Assembly (NCBI GenBank): GCA_002269645.1
Contig: NIVC01000428.1
Coordinates: 186,001 to 250,000 of the forward strand
DNA length: 64,000 nt
Direction: 5' to 3'
Origin: Macrostomum lignano
Lineage: Eukaryota
Below, in pieces: positions 1 to 12,070 of this stretch. Numbering within the stretch: the first letter of the stretch is position 1; each line of letters opens with the position of its first letter. The position numbers and the translations under genes were made by a program. The notes under the pieces are model-generated. The model did no database searches. It was not told the DNA's origin and worked only from the letters and a program-made list of their open reading frames with translations.

Positions 1-1108
1 TGGTTGCACTAGCTAAGTGCCCTAATTTATTATAAGTTTATTTTTAATCTTATTTGATAGTCATTTTGTCTGCAGCAAGTTCAGTTGCAACTCTTGCTGC
101 CGCTGGCAGACAAAAAAGTAGGCCTAGCACTCAAACTAACTATTTAGACTTAGGCCTATGCACAGTAATGCACCTAAATCTCATTAGGCCTATCTCACCC
201 AACAAAAAATACAAATATTTTCAAGAGTTTTTGTAGTTGACTATTCTTGCTCTGGTGTGGTGGCTAGGTTAGTTAGAACCTAAGCTAAGTAGGCACAGTA
301 GGCCAGCCTAGATTATAGGGCATCCAAGCATGTTAACTTAGGGCCTACTTAATGATTATAGTCTTAGGATATGTGCATGAGCATAGCGTGCAAAATTTTT
401 GTTGTTGTATGATTATCATTCAATTTAGATTTTAAAATCACTGTAAGAAAATACAGACCCAAGGACTCTATGTATCTGAATTAATAAGAAAACTTAAAGT
501 GAGAATGAGCTTTAAATACTTGTTTATATCAGACAGACCTTAAATATTTTTCGCAGAAAACAGTAATAAAAATTAACAATTCGTTCATTCATTCGTTCGT
601 GCATATGGCATATTATAGGCTACAGCATGCATATATGATGTATGTAGCCTATACATCCACCTATTTATTAAGTCTATATATATATAGACTATCGTTCGTG
701 CATATGGCATATTATACACTAACTACTGAATTCACCAGCTGTTGGGTTCACCGGATTTTTAACTTTATTTTTAAGGCTTAAAAATATATATAATCGATAG
801 CGCAAGTAAAACTAGAGATGCGCCTAGACTTTTGTATGATTTTATGATTAGTATAATCATATACCAAAGATAATGGCATTTTAAAATAAGGATGCACTAG
901 CCATGATTGTATGAATATCTCTGCATAGGCCTAGGCCTAGAAGTTGCTTTTCTTTCTTTCTTATAATGTAAGTGCCTATATGAGCTATAAACTATAGTTC
1001 AGAATCAGAAAGCAACATATATTAGGATTTCCTAGCATATAACAAGGGTACTTGCCATTTTTTCAGCAGCTTAGCATATATCCCAATATATATGATAATG
1101 AAAACATG

Positions 1109-1685
1109 TGTGCTAGGGGTATTTCCTGTACGATACAAAATCCTACCACTGTAACCAAAGTTGTTACAGGTTTATAATTTCTTCTATTAAATTTCTGCTG
1201 CTGACACCAAATCTTGCCTTAATATTTCTAACTGTTTCTTAGAACTTCATTCAAATATTCCTGGGTAGTGTTCTGGTAGCGTTCTAGTAGCTTATAGCCT
1301 GAGTGGTCTAGTGCTGGTATATGTATTTTCTCTCTCCAGTCTGGGCGTTACTGAGATTAGAGGGTCACAGCGATTACTCTTAGTACTACTCTTTGCATGA
1401 ATCCTAAGTGCAACCTTCAACCTTCTTCACAATACTTTTAGAAATGAACAATGATCTGAGAAAGATTTATTGAACACGTTTTGAGCTTATATGTTATAGC
1501 TAGTAAACGAGTTATCTCTTCTTCCTCTCAGCCTGCTCCTATTTATACTATTTGAACGTGTGTATTTTTAACAAATATCAAATATTGAGAATATATAGAA
1601 TATATAGAATATTTTGTAGAGTAAAACAAATTATTAGTGCAGATTCAAACTGTTATATTCCTAGAAACTATTAACCACTTCTACA
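1109..1685 (-). repeat. 3' LTR (left copy)
   Basis: Near-identical to 8922-9498; TG...CA ends; adjacent polypurine tract at 1686-1698 (minus strand). Confidence 0.92.
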
Positions 1686-2344
1686 ACTTTCTTCCTCTAA
1701 CATAAATTTTAAACAAAAGCATTGCTACAGTGAAAAATTTATAAATAGTCATAGTAGTACATATAGCTTAGAAGCCATCATATTAAGAACAGGAAAGCAT
1801 AGAAAATGTAAAAGACAACAATTATATCAAGTAGGTGCTTTGGTGCTATAGAACAACTAAAAATGTAGTGCATAAGGTGAGCATGAAAGTAAATTGGTTT
1901 TAAAGCACACGGTAGAAATTTGGTTTAAAATGCTCATAACACAAAACAAAAGAAAATACACTTGGCATAGAATGTTCAAAGTCAATTACCAAGTTTAAAA
2001 GTCACAAGGCTGGGATAGATCTCTGTAGAATGGCCAGCCAAGCTGCGAAAAATACCAGCGCAGCTTTATGTTGATTAGCTGGCGCTGCACCGGCCTGGCA
2101 TCAGCTTGGAGCATATGGTAGACTCTCAGCAACTTCCTGTAGTATGGCCACAGCCTTGCAGTTGCTGAACTGCTCTCGTAGGGTGTGCAGATAAGGCCAA
2201 ATCTGTGAACGCTGGGGCAGAGCCTCATCCAGTCGCAAGAAGGCAATTCTTAAGATGTATTGCTAAATGCCATGTCTTGGACGTTTGACCTCGACACCCC
2301 TAGTCTCGAGTAGCTCATGCATCATGGCGCGGTGGTCTGAGGAT

Positions 2345-3276
2345 TCATTCTGCGGAGCTGGGCGTGCTGGCGGAACATTCTGGCGAGATCAGCGAGCAGG
2401 ATTTCTTGGGCCATGAGGAGGCGCTTCTGTTGGAACAACAATTTGGATCGATCGGCTGCAAGCTCCATCGGCTCTCATCACGCAAGAATGAAATGGCGTG
2501 GCCGCCTGGCAACCCTATTGCAGCCAAGGTCTGAACTGCACCGGACGCCCCCCTTCCTGTGCCAGACATCAACCCATACCCGTATTTGCCTGTAGCCCCC
2601 CGCCTGTGCCACGCCGCGCACCGCCCGGCCTCCCCTCTGTGCCCCTCCCCACGTGTGCCCCCGCACCCCTCTCCCATGCCCCCATGCCATGCTGCCACGC
2701 GCCGCTGCCACATGCCATGCCACCACGCACCGCGCCGCCGCCAGGCCAATCTGCGCCAGACGCCATCCACAAAAATGGCCACTGGCTGCAATAGGGCCTG
2801 GCAATCTAGTAAGGCGGCCCTCTTCTTCTCTGGCTCTCCGGATGTTGCATTCAGTCTTGGTCTCTTGGTAGCAGAACTGGGTTTTTTTGTGCGAATGGGT
2901 GCGAATAGCATCCTGATCTTAAAAATCGCACCCTAAAATTTGACTCAGTGTGCGAAAAGCGCATCAAAATTTTTGCAAGTTTTTGTCTGCAGCAGTGCAG
3001 CGCATCCTGGTCTTGAAAATCGCACCCTGAAATCTAGCACAGGGTGCAAAATCGCACCCAAGTTATGGACAAAAAAAACCCAGTAGCAGAATCTCCGCCT
3101 GGAGGCTTTGGTCGCGTTGGCTGTCTCAGGGGAGCTTCGTTCTCTTGCTCGCGCTGTTCTCCTCGCTCTCGCCTCTCGCACTCTTCTCGCCCTTCTTGCT
3201 GTTGTTGCTCCGGTTGCTGCTCGTCACTCTCTAGCAGAGCTTGAAGAAATGAATTGATATTGTCATTATTGTCCAT
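2345..3276 (-). pseudogene. Cargo/accessory ORF of the LTR element, interrupted by a MITE (238 aa when the MITE is removed)
   Basis: Removing 2877-3083 plus one TSD joins ORF 3034-3294 in frame to ORF 2345-2911 (...KPPGGDSA|TKRPRLNATSGEPEKKR...). A TATA-like TATAAATA lies about 110 nt upstream on the minus strand (about 3382-3389). No family recognised. Confidence 0.5.
2877..3083. mobile_element. 207-bp MITE
   Basis: TIR CTGGGTTTTTTT / AAAAAAACCCAG; 8-bp TSD TAGCAGAA at 2869-2876 and 3084-3091; internal AATCGCACCC / GTGCGAA motifs in both orientations. Confidence 0.85.
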
Positions 3277-3729
3277 TACGATTTCTTCACACAATTCTCT
3301 GTATAAGTCTTCGCAGGGGTCTCAAAATTGTTCTTCGGATGTGTGAACTATGGGAGCCTGCTAGCAATCAGGGGGGATTGTATTTATAGGCTGGCGGCCA
3401 AAAAGCTGGACCGCATCATTGTGTTAAAAGCTAGGCCTCGAGGGGGGGGTTGCTTGGGTTGACAGATTTGACACTTCAATTTTTATAGATTTTCTTTAGA
3501 TTTTTATAACTTTTTTATTTTTCGAGATTTTTTCTTGAGTAATATGTCACAAGAAAGCTTACATTTAGCAGAATAATATGGTGTTTTCAAATTTGTTCTA
3601 TGTACAACATGTCAAATTTTATAGGCAGATAACTATTACTAATATGAAATTTTAACTAATTTACACTGGTTTCAATGGCAATTCGCTGACATCATCACCC
3701 TATTGTTCCAAATATTGTGCGTAGCGCCT

Positions 3730-4171
3730 TCAGGGCACAAATCCATTCACACCTTCTCTTTGCTGAGTCACTCTATTGCCTCGCGGTCTCAAATTATACC
3801 TTTCTACTGGCTGAGCTTTCTCCTCCAACTCTATTGCTCCTTCCTCTTCTGATGGCTCATCTGAGTCAGTCGCTCTCTCTGTATTCTCACTGTTCAGTTC
3901 TTCATTTCCTTCGTTTTCACTCTGCGAATTAGGATCTGCAAACACTCTCCATTGAATTCTGTCTTCTTTGTCTGAGCTTTCCTCCTCTAAAATTTGAACT
4001 TCTGGGTTTTTAATAACTTCCTTTTGTCTATGATAAATTCTTTTCTTTGGTTTTGGTGGTTCTTTCTTCTAAATTATTATTAGTTTCGTCTGGTAAATCA
4101 ATTTTGGATTTTGGCACTGGAGTCAGATTATTTCTAGTTTTCTCTTTGGACAACTTTGCAAAGTCTCACAG
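3730..4171 (-). pseudogene. Possible C-terminal pol tail remnant of the LTR element
   Basis: Acidic low-complexity frame ending PVERYNLRPRG; RYNLRPR-type motifs are typical of Gypsy post-integrase tails. Broken by stops upstream. Confidence 0.35.
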
Positions 4172-4175
4172 CTAG

Positions 4176-7100
4176 CACGGTTGGGCTAGAATAAGATTTT
4201 GGGGTAAAAAAATGCCCATTAAAATGACCATTGTAGTGTGATAGAGGAACATCTCAGCTGTCAGGGGAATGTTTTCCTAAAATGAAATCGGTTTGTCCTG
4301 ACCAGTTATGCCCAATTATGTTAATTAGCTAGCATAATTAATTAATGTACTCGGAATTAGGCGTTTCCTTCGTGTGAAATCACCTAAAAACTGCTTTTGA
4401 GCTGTGTTCATATTAAAATCTGTAGCTATTTATTATCAATATATATTAGTATTAGTTATAGAAATTGAGCACTTTGTAGTTCATATTATTAGTACTCAAA
4501 AATTATAAGAAAAGAATAGAAATATCCAGCATTTCAGAGAAAGGGTCTCTTCGAAACTGAGCAGCAGGTCAAACATTTGGATAGCACTTATTAAAAGTTT
4601 ATATCAATAAAATTAAATATATGATATAAATATAATATAATTTATATAGCAAATCATAATCAATTTATGCTTTAGCATGCAGGTACTACAAGATACATGT
4701 CACTTGTACATGATACATGATACATGTAGCTTGTAGTAGTGCTAGTAACAACAGCAGCAAAGTAGGCTGCACAACACGACAGTACAGTAAATTTAGTCAA
4801 ATGAAAAGCCATCACTGCATTAAATATGTCACTGCATTAGATATGCCAGCTGTTATACGCCACTGTTGCCTGCAGCAGCCTATTGCCAAACTGTGGGTGA
4901 TCGTCTGGCAGCCTGTAGCGCTGCCAAGTCCGCTGGAAATCCAAGTGTGCACTCTCTACTGCCTGTTTGCTACATGTTCCAAGTGCACAACCAGTGCGAT
5001 GGCAGAAGTCGCTCATGTGGCAAAGAAGGACATGCACTTTGGGCATGTGACAGTCAATCCCAGTGCCAGGTATGCAGCTCCAAACTTTTCAATTCGCTCA
5101 CCAAAATCTTCCGCCAATTCCTGGCCAAATGCTCCATTAACAATGCTGTTGAAGCAAATCAAACACTGGGCGAAGGGCTGTAGTTCATGAGGAACATCTG
5201 CAAGAAGAACCTCAGCCATCAGCAGCAATTTGCAACAAGCGTTGCCTTCCATTGTGCCGCCGCGGTACCCCGCTTGCACAATGCCATGAGATTGTAGCCA
5301 TGCAAATCCGCGGTCTTTGCCCCATGCTTCGTTCAAGGAATCAAGCAATTTGTTACTAATTCTGAGCAGAAGATGCAGTTCAGGAGGGGGCAGCAGCATC
5401 AGCACTTCCTTGTCATCATCACCAGCCAGCAGCGGCAGACTGACACAGTTCATGAACTGCTTCGCTCTGCTCCAAACTCGTCCAGCAGAATTGAACTCCT
5501 GCACTTTCTTCCGAATTCTACTGACGGTTTGTGGCCTGCCGCTTGTCGTCAGTGGTGCAGTAGACTCACAGTACGGACATGGGTGAGCACACGAGTGAGG
5601 CTGGAGTCCGCAGAGAATGTTTGCTAGCTTCATGTCTGTGACAGTCACAGCAGACAGCTCCACTACAGAAACAGCCTGTAGCAGTGTTTTTACATTTTTG
5701 TACATTTCTGAGATGTCATTGACGATTGCGAGAACTATAATCTTTTTCACCCTGGCGTCATTGAACTATGAGTGGTGTAGCACACTTTCGTGAACTGTAG
5801 CAGCACCGCCATGCGCCTGATGGTCAGATGTTGATGCAACAACAGACACGCAAATCTTAAAAAAACCTCCGCCACCATCAAGCCCCAGCTGGCATTCGAA
5901 GTTAGATGCTCCTCGCTGTTGGACAATAACTTCAATGAGGTGCGAAGCATCAGTGCAGAGGACAGCAGCACAATCACCGATGGCAGAAAATGGCAGCTCA
6001 AATTGAAGTGTCTGAAGTTTAAAAAAGTCCTCCAATACACAATTCTGAGTCACTAATGAATCTTTCAGCCTAGATTCAACTGCTCGCGAAGAGCTCGCAC
6101 CAGCTCTCAGTACCTACGCGACCTGCAGCATCTGATTGTTGCTTAGATTCAGCACACCTTTCAGTGTCTTCATTGTGCTGATAGAAGTTGCAGGGAAGCC
6201 AGTTGCTTCATTGCCTATACTAGTACCAACAGTCACGCGCATTGGGCGACCACCTTTCATCCATGACAAGGAAACACAGCTGGAGCCACTTGCTGCAGCC
6301 TTTGCTGATATGCAGCTGCTGGCCAGCATGTTCTGCGTATTAGGACTGATGCCCTGCTGCAGATTAGTCAGTCGCGTTGCTCTTGAGCAGTTGTGTTTCT
6401 TGCCACGGCCAATTTCTGATCAACAAAACAAGCAAATGAACTGTGGTTGTGCTGCATCAGCTGCCGACAATGGATGTTTTCAAGGTTGTCCTGGACGAGA
6501 TGCAGCAGCGCCAGTACTGTAAGAGCTGACAGAAGTTGTCAACTTGCTGCTGTTCTTCAATCTGGCAAGTTCGCACAGTTCGCAAGAGCAATGCAGATTA
6601 TTTCTTGTGGATGGAGGCAGACTTTGCAGGTCGGCAACCATCTGCTCATAGTTTAGCCTTGGTGGCAACTCACGAGGCGCTGGACTAGATAGAGATGAAA
6701 TGATGCGTCGACACCTGTCACACAAGCCGGTTGGCAGAATGTGCTGCACAGAAGCAAAATTCAGCACCAAATCCTCAGCAGAAAAATTGGCTACCAACCA
6801 AATTGAGCGCGAGGCTTTCCACAAACAGAGTAAACACAGAATCTCTCTGCAATCTTCATGTGTTTTTCTTGCATTCGGCATATTCTGAAATTGGCTTGAT
6901 CGCTGGCCACTGATGTAAGAGACAAATGTTTTGAATTTGGCCCTGACTTGAGTATTGGTTGTGATATTTATTTGAGTGCTACTATGAGTTGGCTATAAAA
7001 GTAGCAATCAATCTGACAATCTGACGCATATGAAATAGAATAGTACAAATGTACGTTCATGTGCGAATTTCAATATTGAGCAGAGAGAGTGCGTGAGACC

Positions 7101-7450
7101 TAGAGCACAACAGTTAAAATCGAAGCTTGAGCAGAGCATTGGCTGCTGCATACATTCTGATTAGCAACTGCTCATCCAGTATAATAGCAGTTTAACTTTA
7201 TATCATAAAAACATAAAAGCAAGTCATAAAAACAGTTTTTAGGCAATTTCACATGAAGGAAGCGCCTAATTCTGAGTACATTAATTAATTATGCTAGCTA
7301 ATTAACATAATTGGGCATAACTGGTCAGGACAAACCGATTTCATTTTAGGAAAACATTCCCCTGGCAGCTGAGATGTTCCTCTATCACACTGCAATGGTC
7401 ATTTTAATGGGCATTTTTTTACCCCAAAATCTTATTCTGGCCCAACCATG
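4176..7450 (-). mobile_element. Chapaev-type (CMC superfamily) DNA transposon nested in the LTR element
   Basis: About 220-bp TIRs (4176-about 4398 and about 7229-7450) starting CACGG / ending CCATG; 4-bp TSD CTAG (4172-4175, 7451-7454). CAC termini with a 4-bp TSD are the Chapaev signature. Confidence 0.85.
4837..6881 (-). pseudogene. Fragmented Chapaev transposase
   Basis: N-terminal Chapa-like zinc finger (H-x7-C-x2-C in HEDCREILCLLC, LPTGLCDRC, HCSCELC). Core motifs DMKLANILCGLQPHSCAHPCPYC, PPPELHLLL, YRGGTMEGNACCKLL, PKVH and SKQAVESAH. Split over at least three frames. Confidence 0.8.
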
Positions 7451-8235
7451 CTAGCTTCTCCTCGAAATCTTATCTTCATTTCATCTCATCTCAACTCAAC
7501 AACTTCTCGACTCAATATCTCGACTCAACCCTGACCTCTCGAAAGCTTCTCTGCTGCACTCATGCCAGCTACAGCTCTACTGTCATGGGTCCTATAACCC
7601 TTAACTCTCAAGTCTCCTTTCACTGTTTCAGCTTGGTCTCGTCAGTAGAATCATAGAGATTCTGTATTAATCTGCTCTTTAGGCCTTACTGCCCTTCCTT
7701 TCCTTACATGGCCTGACTCTCTGAACCTTTCTTGGCTCCTCTAAAAGCGTCATTGGCCTCTTCTTTCTGCCTTTGGTCAATCCGCAATTGGTCAGCATGT
7801 GTAGCTGTCTGCGCGTCATGCCAATCTCTGCAATCCAATCTTTTTGACAATTCTCTTTGCACAATTTTGCACAATCAACTTCTCATCAATTTCTCTGAGT
7901 AAAATAATCTTCCTTCAATTTTTTAAGTCCAAAATTGCAGTTCCCTGGCTTTCCTAAGGCTTAAATTCCCATAAAATGGCCCTTTTAAGGTCATCTAGTC
8001 AAAATGATCCTTTTGAAGGTTTCCTCCTAAAGTTTAGCTATTCAAAGAATTTTATTTACTCTAGTACATTGCAATATGCAGACGAAATACTTTTTAAACA
8101 AATATTTTTGGGATTTTTCTAACTTTTATTCATTTTTTATATTTTGCATATACATTTCTATACATATTTACAAATAGTTTTTCATAATTGCTCTCCTATG
8201 TACAAGTCGTCTTAGGGTGGCTTCTGCTAGGCATG

Positions 8236-8764
8236 CTAGTTGAACCTGATTCGGCACTGGTGTCCTGCCTGTGGCCTCATAGGTCCTGGTTGGTCACAGA
8301 AGAAACAGTGACCCGGTTTTGGCTCCAGTCTGGTCCCACTGAATCGGTGCTCTTCCAATTCGGCATTGGTCGGGGGTGTCTGTGGTACTGGCTTAGTCTC
8401 TAGGCTGATGTTGGTAAAAATTACAGTTAGAGTGACTAGGCACTCCATCAGCTCTCTCCTTACTCTCTCCGTACTCTTTAATAATCCTTTGGCGGATGTA
8501 CTGATACTTGAAGTCTTCTTTCCTGTTGCTCAGTCTGCGCTTGACTCTCTCTGGGATGTTCAAATTCGCGAATAACTCCTTCTTGCACTCTTCCTCACTG
8601 AGCTTCTTATTCCTACAATGCTGCTCAAAGGTGATCAACCACTTGCGAATATCTTCGCCAGGGGTGTACTTCTTGAATCTTTCTTCTCTTGTCACTTTTT
8701 CTAGACAGTCTAGCAATTGTTCTACCAGCATGGCAATGGCATCATTAGCCTGATTCTGATTCAT
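8236..8764 (-). pseudogene. gag-like ORF remnant with degenerate zinc knuckle
   Basis: ORF 8393-8764 (IRKWLITFEQHCRNKKLSEEECKKELFANL, resembling a retrotransposon gag capsid region) frameshifts into 8236-8448, which contains CFFCDQPG (degenerate CCHC). It lies directly downstream of the 5' LTR/PBS. Confidence 0.6.
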
Positions 8765-8921
8765 CTTCTCTCTATGAAAAACTTTTCAAATTATTCTCTA
8801 AAATTCTTCTGAAGTCTAGCTTTAAGAGTTTGCGCCGTTTCTCTAATCTTTATCGCTGCCACCAAAGTTGTCGTAGGGCTTACTTCTGTCCTCCAACTAT
8901 TCCACAGTTAAGCCACCAAGT

Positions 8922-9498
8922 TGTGCTAGGGGTATTTCCCGTATGATACAAAATCCTACCACTGTAACCAAAGTTGTTACAGGTTTATAATTTCTTCTAT
9001 TAAATTTCTGCTGCTGACACCAAATCTTGCCTTAATGTTTCTAACTGTTTCTTAGAACTTCATTCAAATATTCCTGGGTAGTGTTCTGGTAGTGTTCTAG
9101 TAGCTTATGGCCTGAGCGGTCTAGTGCTGGTATATGTATTTTCTCTCTCCAGTCTAGGCGTTACTGAGATTAGAGGGTCACAGCGATTACTCTTAGTACT
9201 ACTCTTTGCATGAATCCCAAGTGCAACCTTCAACCTTCTTCACAATACTTTTAGAAATGAACAATGATCTGAGAAAGATTTATTGAACACGTTTTGAGCT
9301 TATATGTTATAGCTAGTAAACGAGTTATCTCTTCTTCCTCTCAGTGTGCTCCTATTTATACTATTCGAACTTGTGTATTTTTAACAAATATCAAATATTG
9401 AGAATATATAGAATATATAGAATATTTTGTAGAGTAAAACAAATTATTAGCGCAGATTCAAACTGTTATATTCCTAGAAACTATTAACCACTTCTACA
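8922..9498 (-). repeat. 5' LTR (right copy)
   Basis: Near-identical to 1109-1685; followed on the minus strand by ACT-TGGTGGCTTAAC (PBS-like). Confidence 0.92.
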
Positions 9499-10487
9499 CA
9501 TGTCAAAAGACATTTTTAGTTCTAATATATAAAGTTTGTAATTTTTTCTAGCATTAGACCTAGAAGCCTAGTATATACTAGTATATAATCTATACTAGGC
9601 CTATAGCCTATAGACTATATGGAACCAAATTGGAAGCCACCAACCATTTAGTAATCACATTTCTACCAAGATATCATATATGAATATCAATGTAAATGGT
9701 TACAAAAGATAATCTTGTCTGATTTTATGGTTTTTGATAATTGTATTTTTGGTCTAGACTTTGAGTCTTTTGAGTTGAGCTAGAGACTGGAATAAAAATG
9801 TAATGTTCCGTAATAAACTAAGATTCTTATAGTTAGCCATCTCTTCTTATCTTTGGTTTATAATCATTTGTCTATATTGTATATAGCTATTTGCTTTAAA
9901 TGATTACAAACCAAAGCTAGGCAGCTACCTAGCTTTAGTTTAAAATTATCTAAATAGGTAACAGATTTGAAATGATTATAAGGACTAAAACAAAGTTGAG
10001 ACATATATTTGTTTAAAAACTTATTTATATACCAAAAATCTTAGTCTTTTGTCTTTTATACTCTTTAAATAAAATTGAAAAGATATATAATATAAGTGTT
10101 ACCATAAAGTTCTAGATTGAAATTTCTTGTTATTTTCAACAATTCTCTATTTTTTATATTGGTAATTGTCACTTTGCATAGTGATTGTAAAGCAAAGAAA
10201 TGCTAGCTTTTTTTCTAAGCAAGCCACTTCAAGTTCAATCAATAAAAAAAATGATTGTAGGCTAATCATCAAAAGTTGCTAAAAAGTGTGGGGGCAGGTA
10301 TCATTGATGGGCCCTCCCACTTAAATTGGAATAGAGGCATAGTCTCCTTAGCTCCCAATTTTGATTGTGTGATACCTATGTTTTTATTAGCCTTTTTAAT
10401 GAAATATTAGGGTTATTCTCTAACTATTAGTTTAAATATATATTATTAAAATAGATATTTTGAAAAATATTTTACTTCTTTCTAATA

Positions 10488-10651
10488 CAAGGGCAGATCT
10501 AGGGGGGCTAAAGGGGTTACCATGCCCCCCTTATCCATGGCCAAAAAGTGGGCTATACTTTTTTGGCCTATACTATGTATAGTCTATTTTCTAATGGTTA
10601 TAATTGCTTAATATAGCTTGTTTCCTCTCATATTTTTTGGATCTGCCCTTG
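10488..10651. mobile_element. Small MITE-like element
   Basis: Perfect 12-bp inverted ends CAAGGGCAGATC / GATCTGCCCTTG; no clean TSD seen. Confidence 0.5.
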
Positions 10652-11898
10652 ATTTAATTTTTTTATATAATTTTATCTTTGTAAAATGGTCTATAAGATT
10701 TAGGGCCAAGAAAGTGCCAAATTGTAGTAATTTATCATTGAGTTTGACAAAGATCTAGCATATAATTTATTCTTTAGAGCCCAATTTTATTTTGTGTTTT
10801 TTATTTCAAAATTCTTACAATAAATTTGGTATATAGGCAAATAAACTTACTAATAAATATTTGATTTTAGTTTGTTTGGATTCAATAAAATTCTAATATT
10901 GATAATAATAACTTTTGTATAGTCATCAAAGCAATTATTAAAATGCTGGCTCAAGGGTTATAGGAGGAATTGCTCAAATGCTATGGCTTAAGGCTCAGGT
11001 AGATTGCTAAAATGCCAATTGCCAAGCATCATTAGATTGGTACAAAAGCATCAATGGGAAAATGAAGGTTAGGTCATGGCTTGAAGGGAGACTTTGATGT
11101 TTAAGTTCAAATGAAGTGCTGATATCTTAGTCTAGGTAGTTGGCTCAAGAAACTAACAATAATGACTATACAAGGTCAAAAGCTACATGTTTATTTCTCC
11201 AATGCACAGAGAATGAAAAAACCCGAGAATATGCATTGCAAGCATGCAACTGGCATAGAAATTTCAAGCACAGTTTTCATAAAATTCTCGCCTACCAAAC
11301 TGCAGTTGTTGCTTCAGGCATGCAGTCCAACCACACTGGTGCAGGCCTTGCCCATCACAGCTCCATAGTTGTGACCTCTAGTAGCGTTGTGCCTGCTGTA
11401 TCAGCACCTGGTCGCCTTGGAAACAGTGTACCTGTTGGCACTTCAAGCTTTGCAATCTATCCAGCAATGTCTGCAGCCAGTACTTTTGACCAGCAGCAGC
11501 AACAACAACAACAACATCAGCAGCAGATCGCACTCCATCCATCTGCTGTAAGTTAGGGGTGCTTCTGCTGTCTAACGTCTGTTAGGGTCCAGAGGTTTAA
11601 TTGAGCCAAAAAATCCTGAAAAATGCTATTCGCACTACTAATAAGCAATAATCAAAGAGCATGTGTTAGCTCGTATTTAAAAAAATATGCTTCATTCACT
11701 TAGCTATTAATACCGAGAAGATAAAATACCACAGAAAGATTTCGATCCTGCAGAATCTTACGAAAAATTAGAGTCGATTTTTAGTAGATGGATATGATGA
11801 AGAATATTTAAATATTGGTAGATTAGCTCGCTTAATAAATAGGAATAAAATGAATGAGAGAACAATCATTAACTTGTTTTTATTTACTTTAATTTAAT

Positions 11899-11938
11899 TG
11901 CCAATGCATTTCGACCCTTGTAGGTCATCGTCGGGGCA
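11899..11938 (-). ncRNA. Minimal hammerhead motif, core mutated (CCGACGA)
   Basis: Inverted copy of 13848-13887 with the core CUGA changed to CCGA. Confidence 0.55.
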
Positions 11939-12070
11939 GTAATGAAATTGAAAATTTTAATAAACAGTTCAATAAATATACCTGTAACAAGTTGAATACA
12001 CAATATAAATTACGAGGCACCCTCATAATTTACCCATGGGGGCACCCTATGGGGGCACCCTATGGGGGCA

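Larger units (their letters stand above)
1109..9498 (-). mobile_element. Non-autonomous LTR retrotransposon (Ty3/Gypsy-like), with nested Chapaev transposon and MITE
   Basis: Two 577-bp direct repeats (1109-1685, 8922-9498), each TGT...ACA, with about 13 differences counted by eye. 4-bp TSD CATG at 1105-1108 and 9499-9502. On the minus strand, a PBS-like TGGTGGC starts 3 nt inside the right LTR (8918 downward) and a purine tract AGAGGAAGAAAGT abuts the left LTR. Gag-like ORF remnants are present; no RT/RNaseH/integrase core was seen. Confidence 0.9.
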
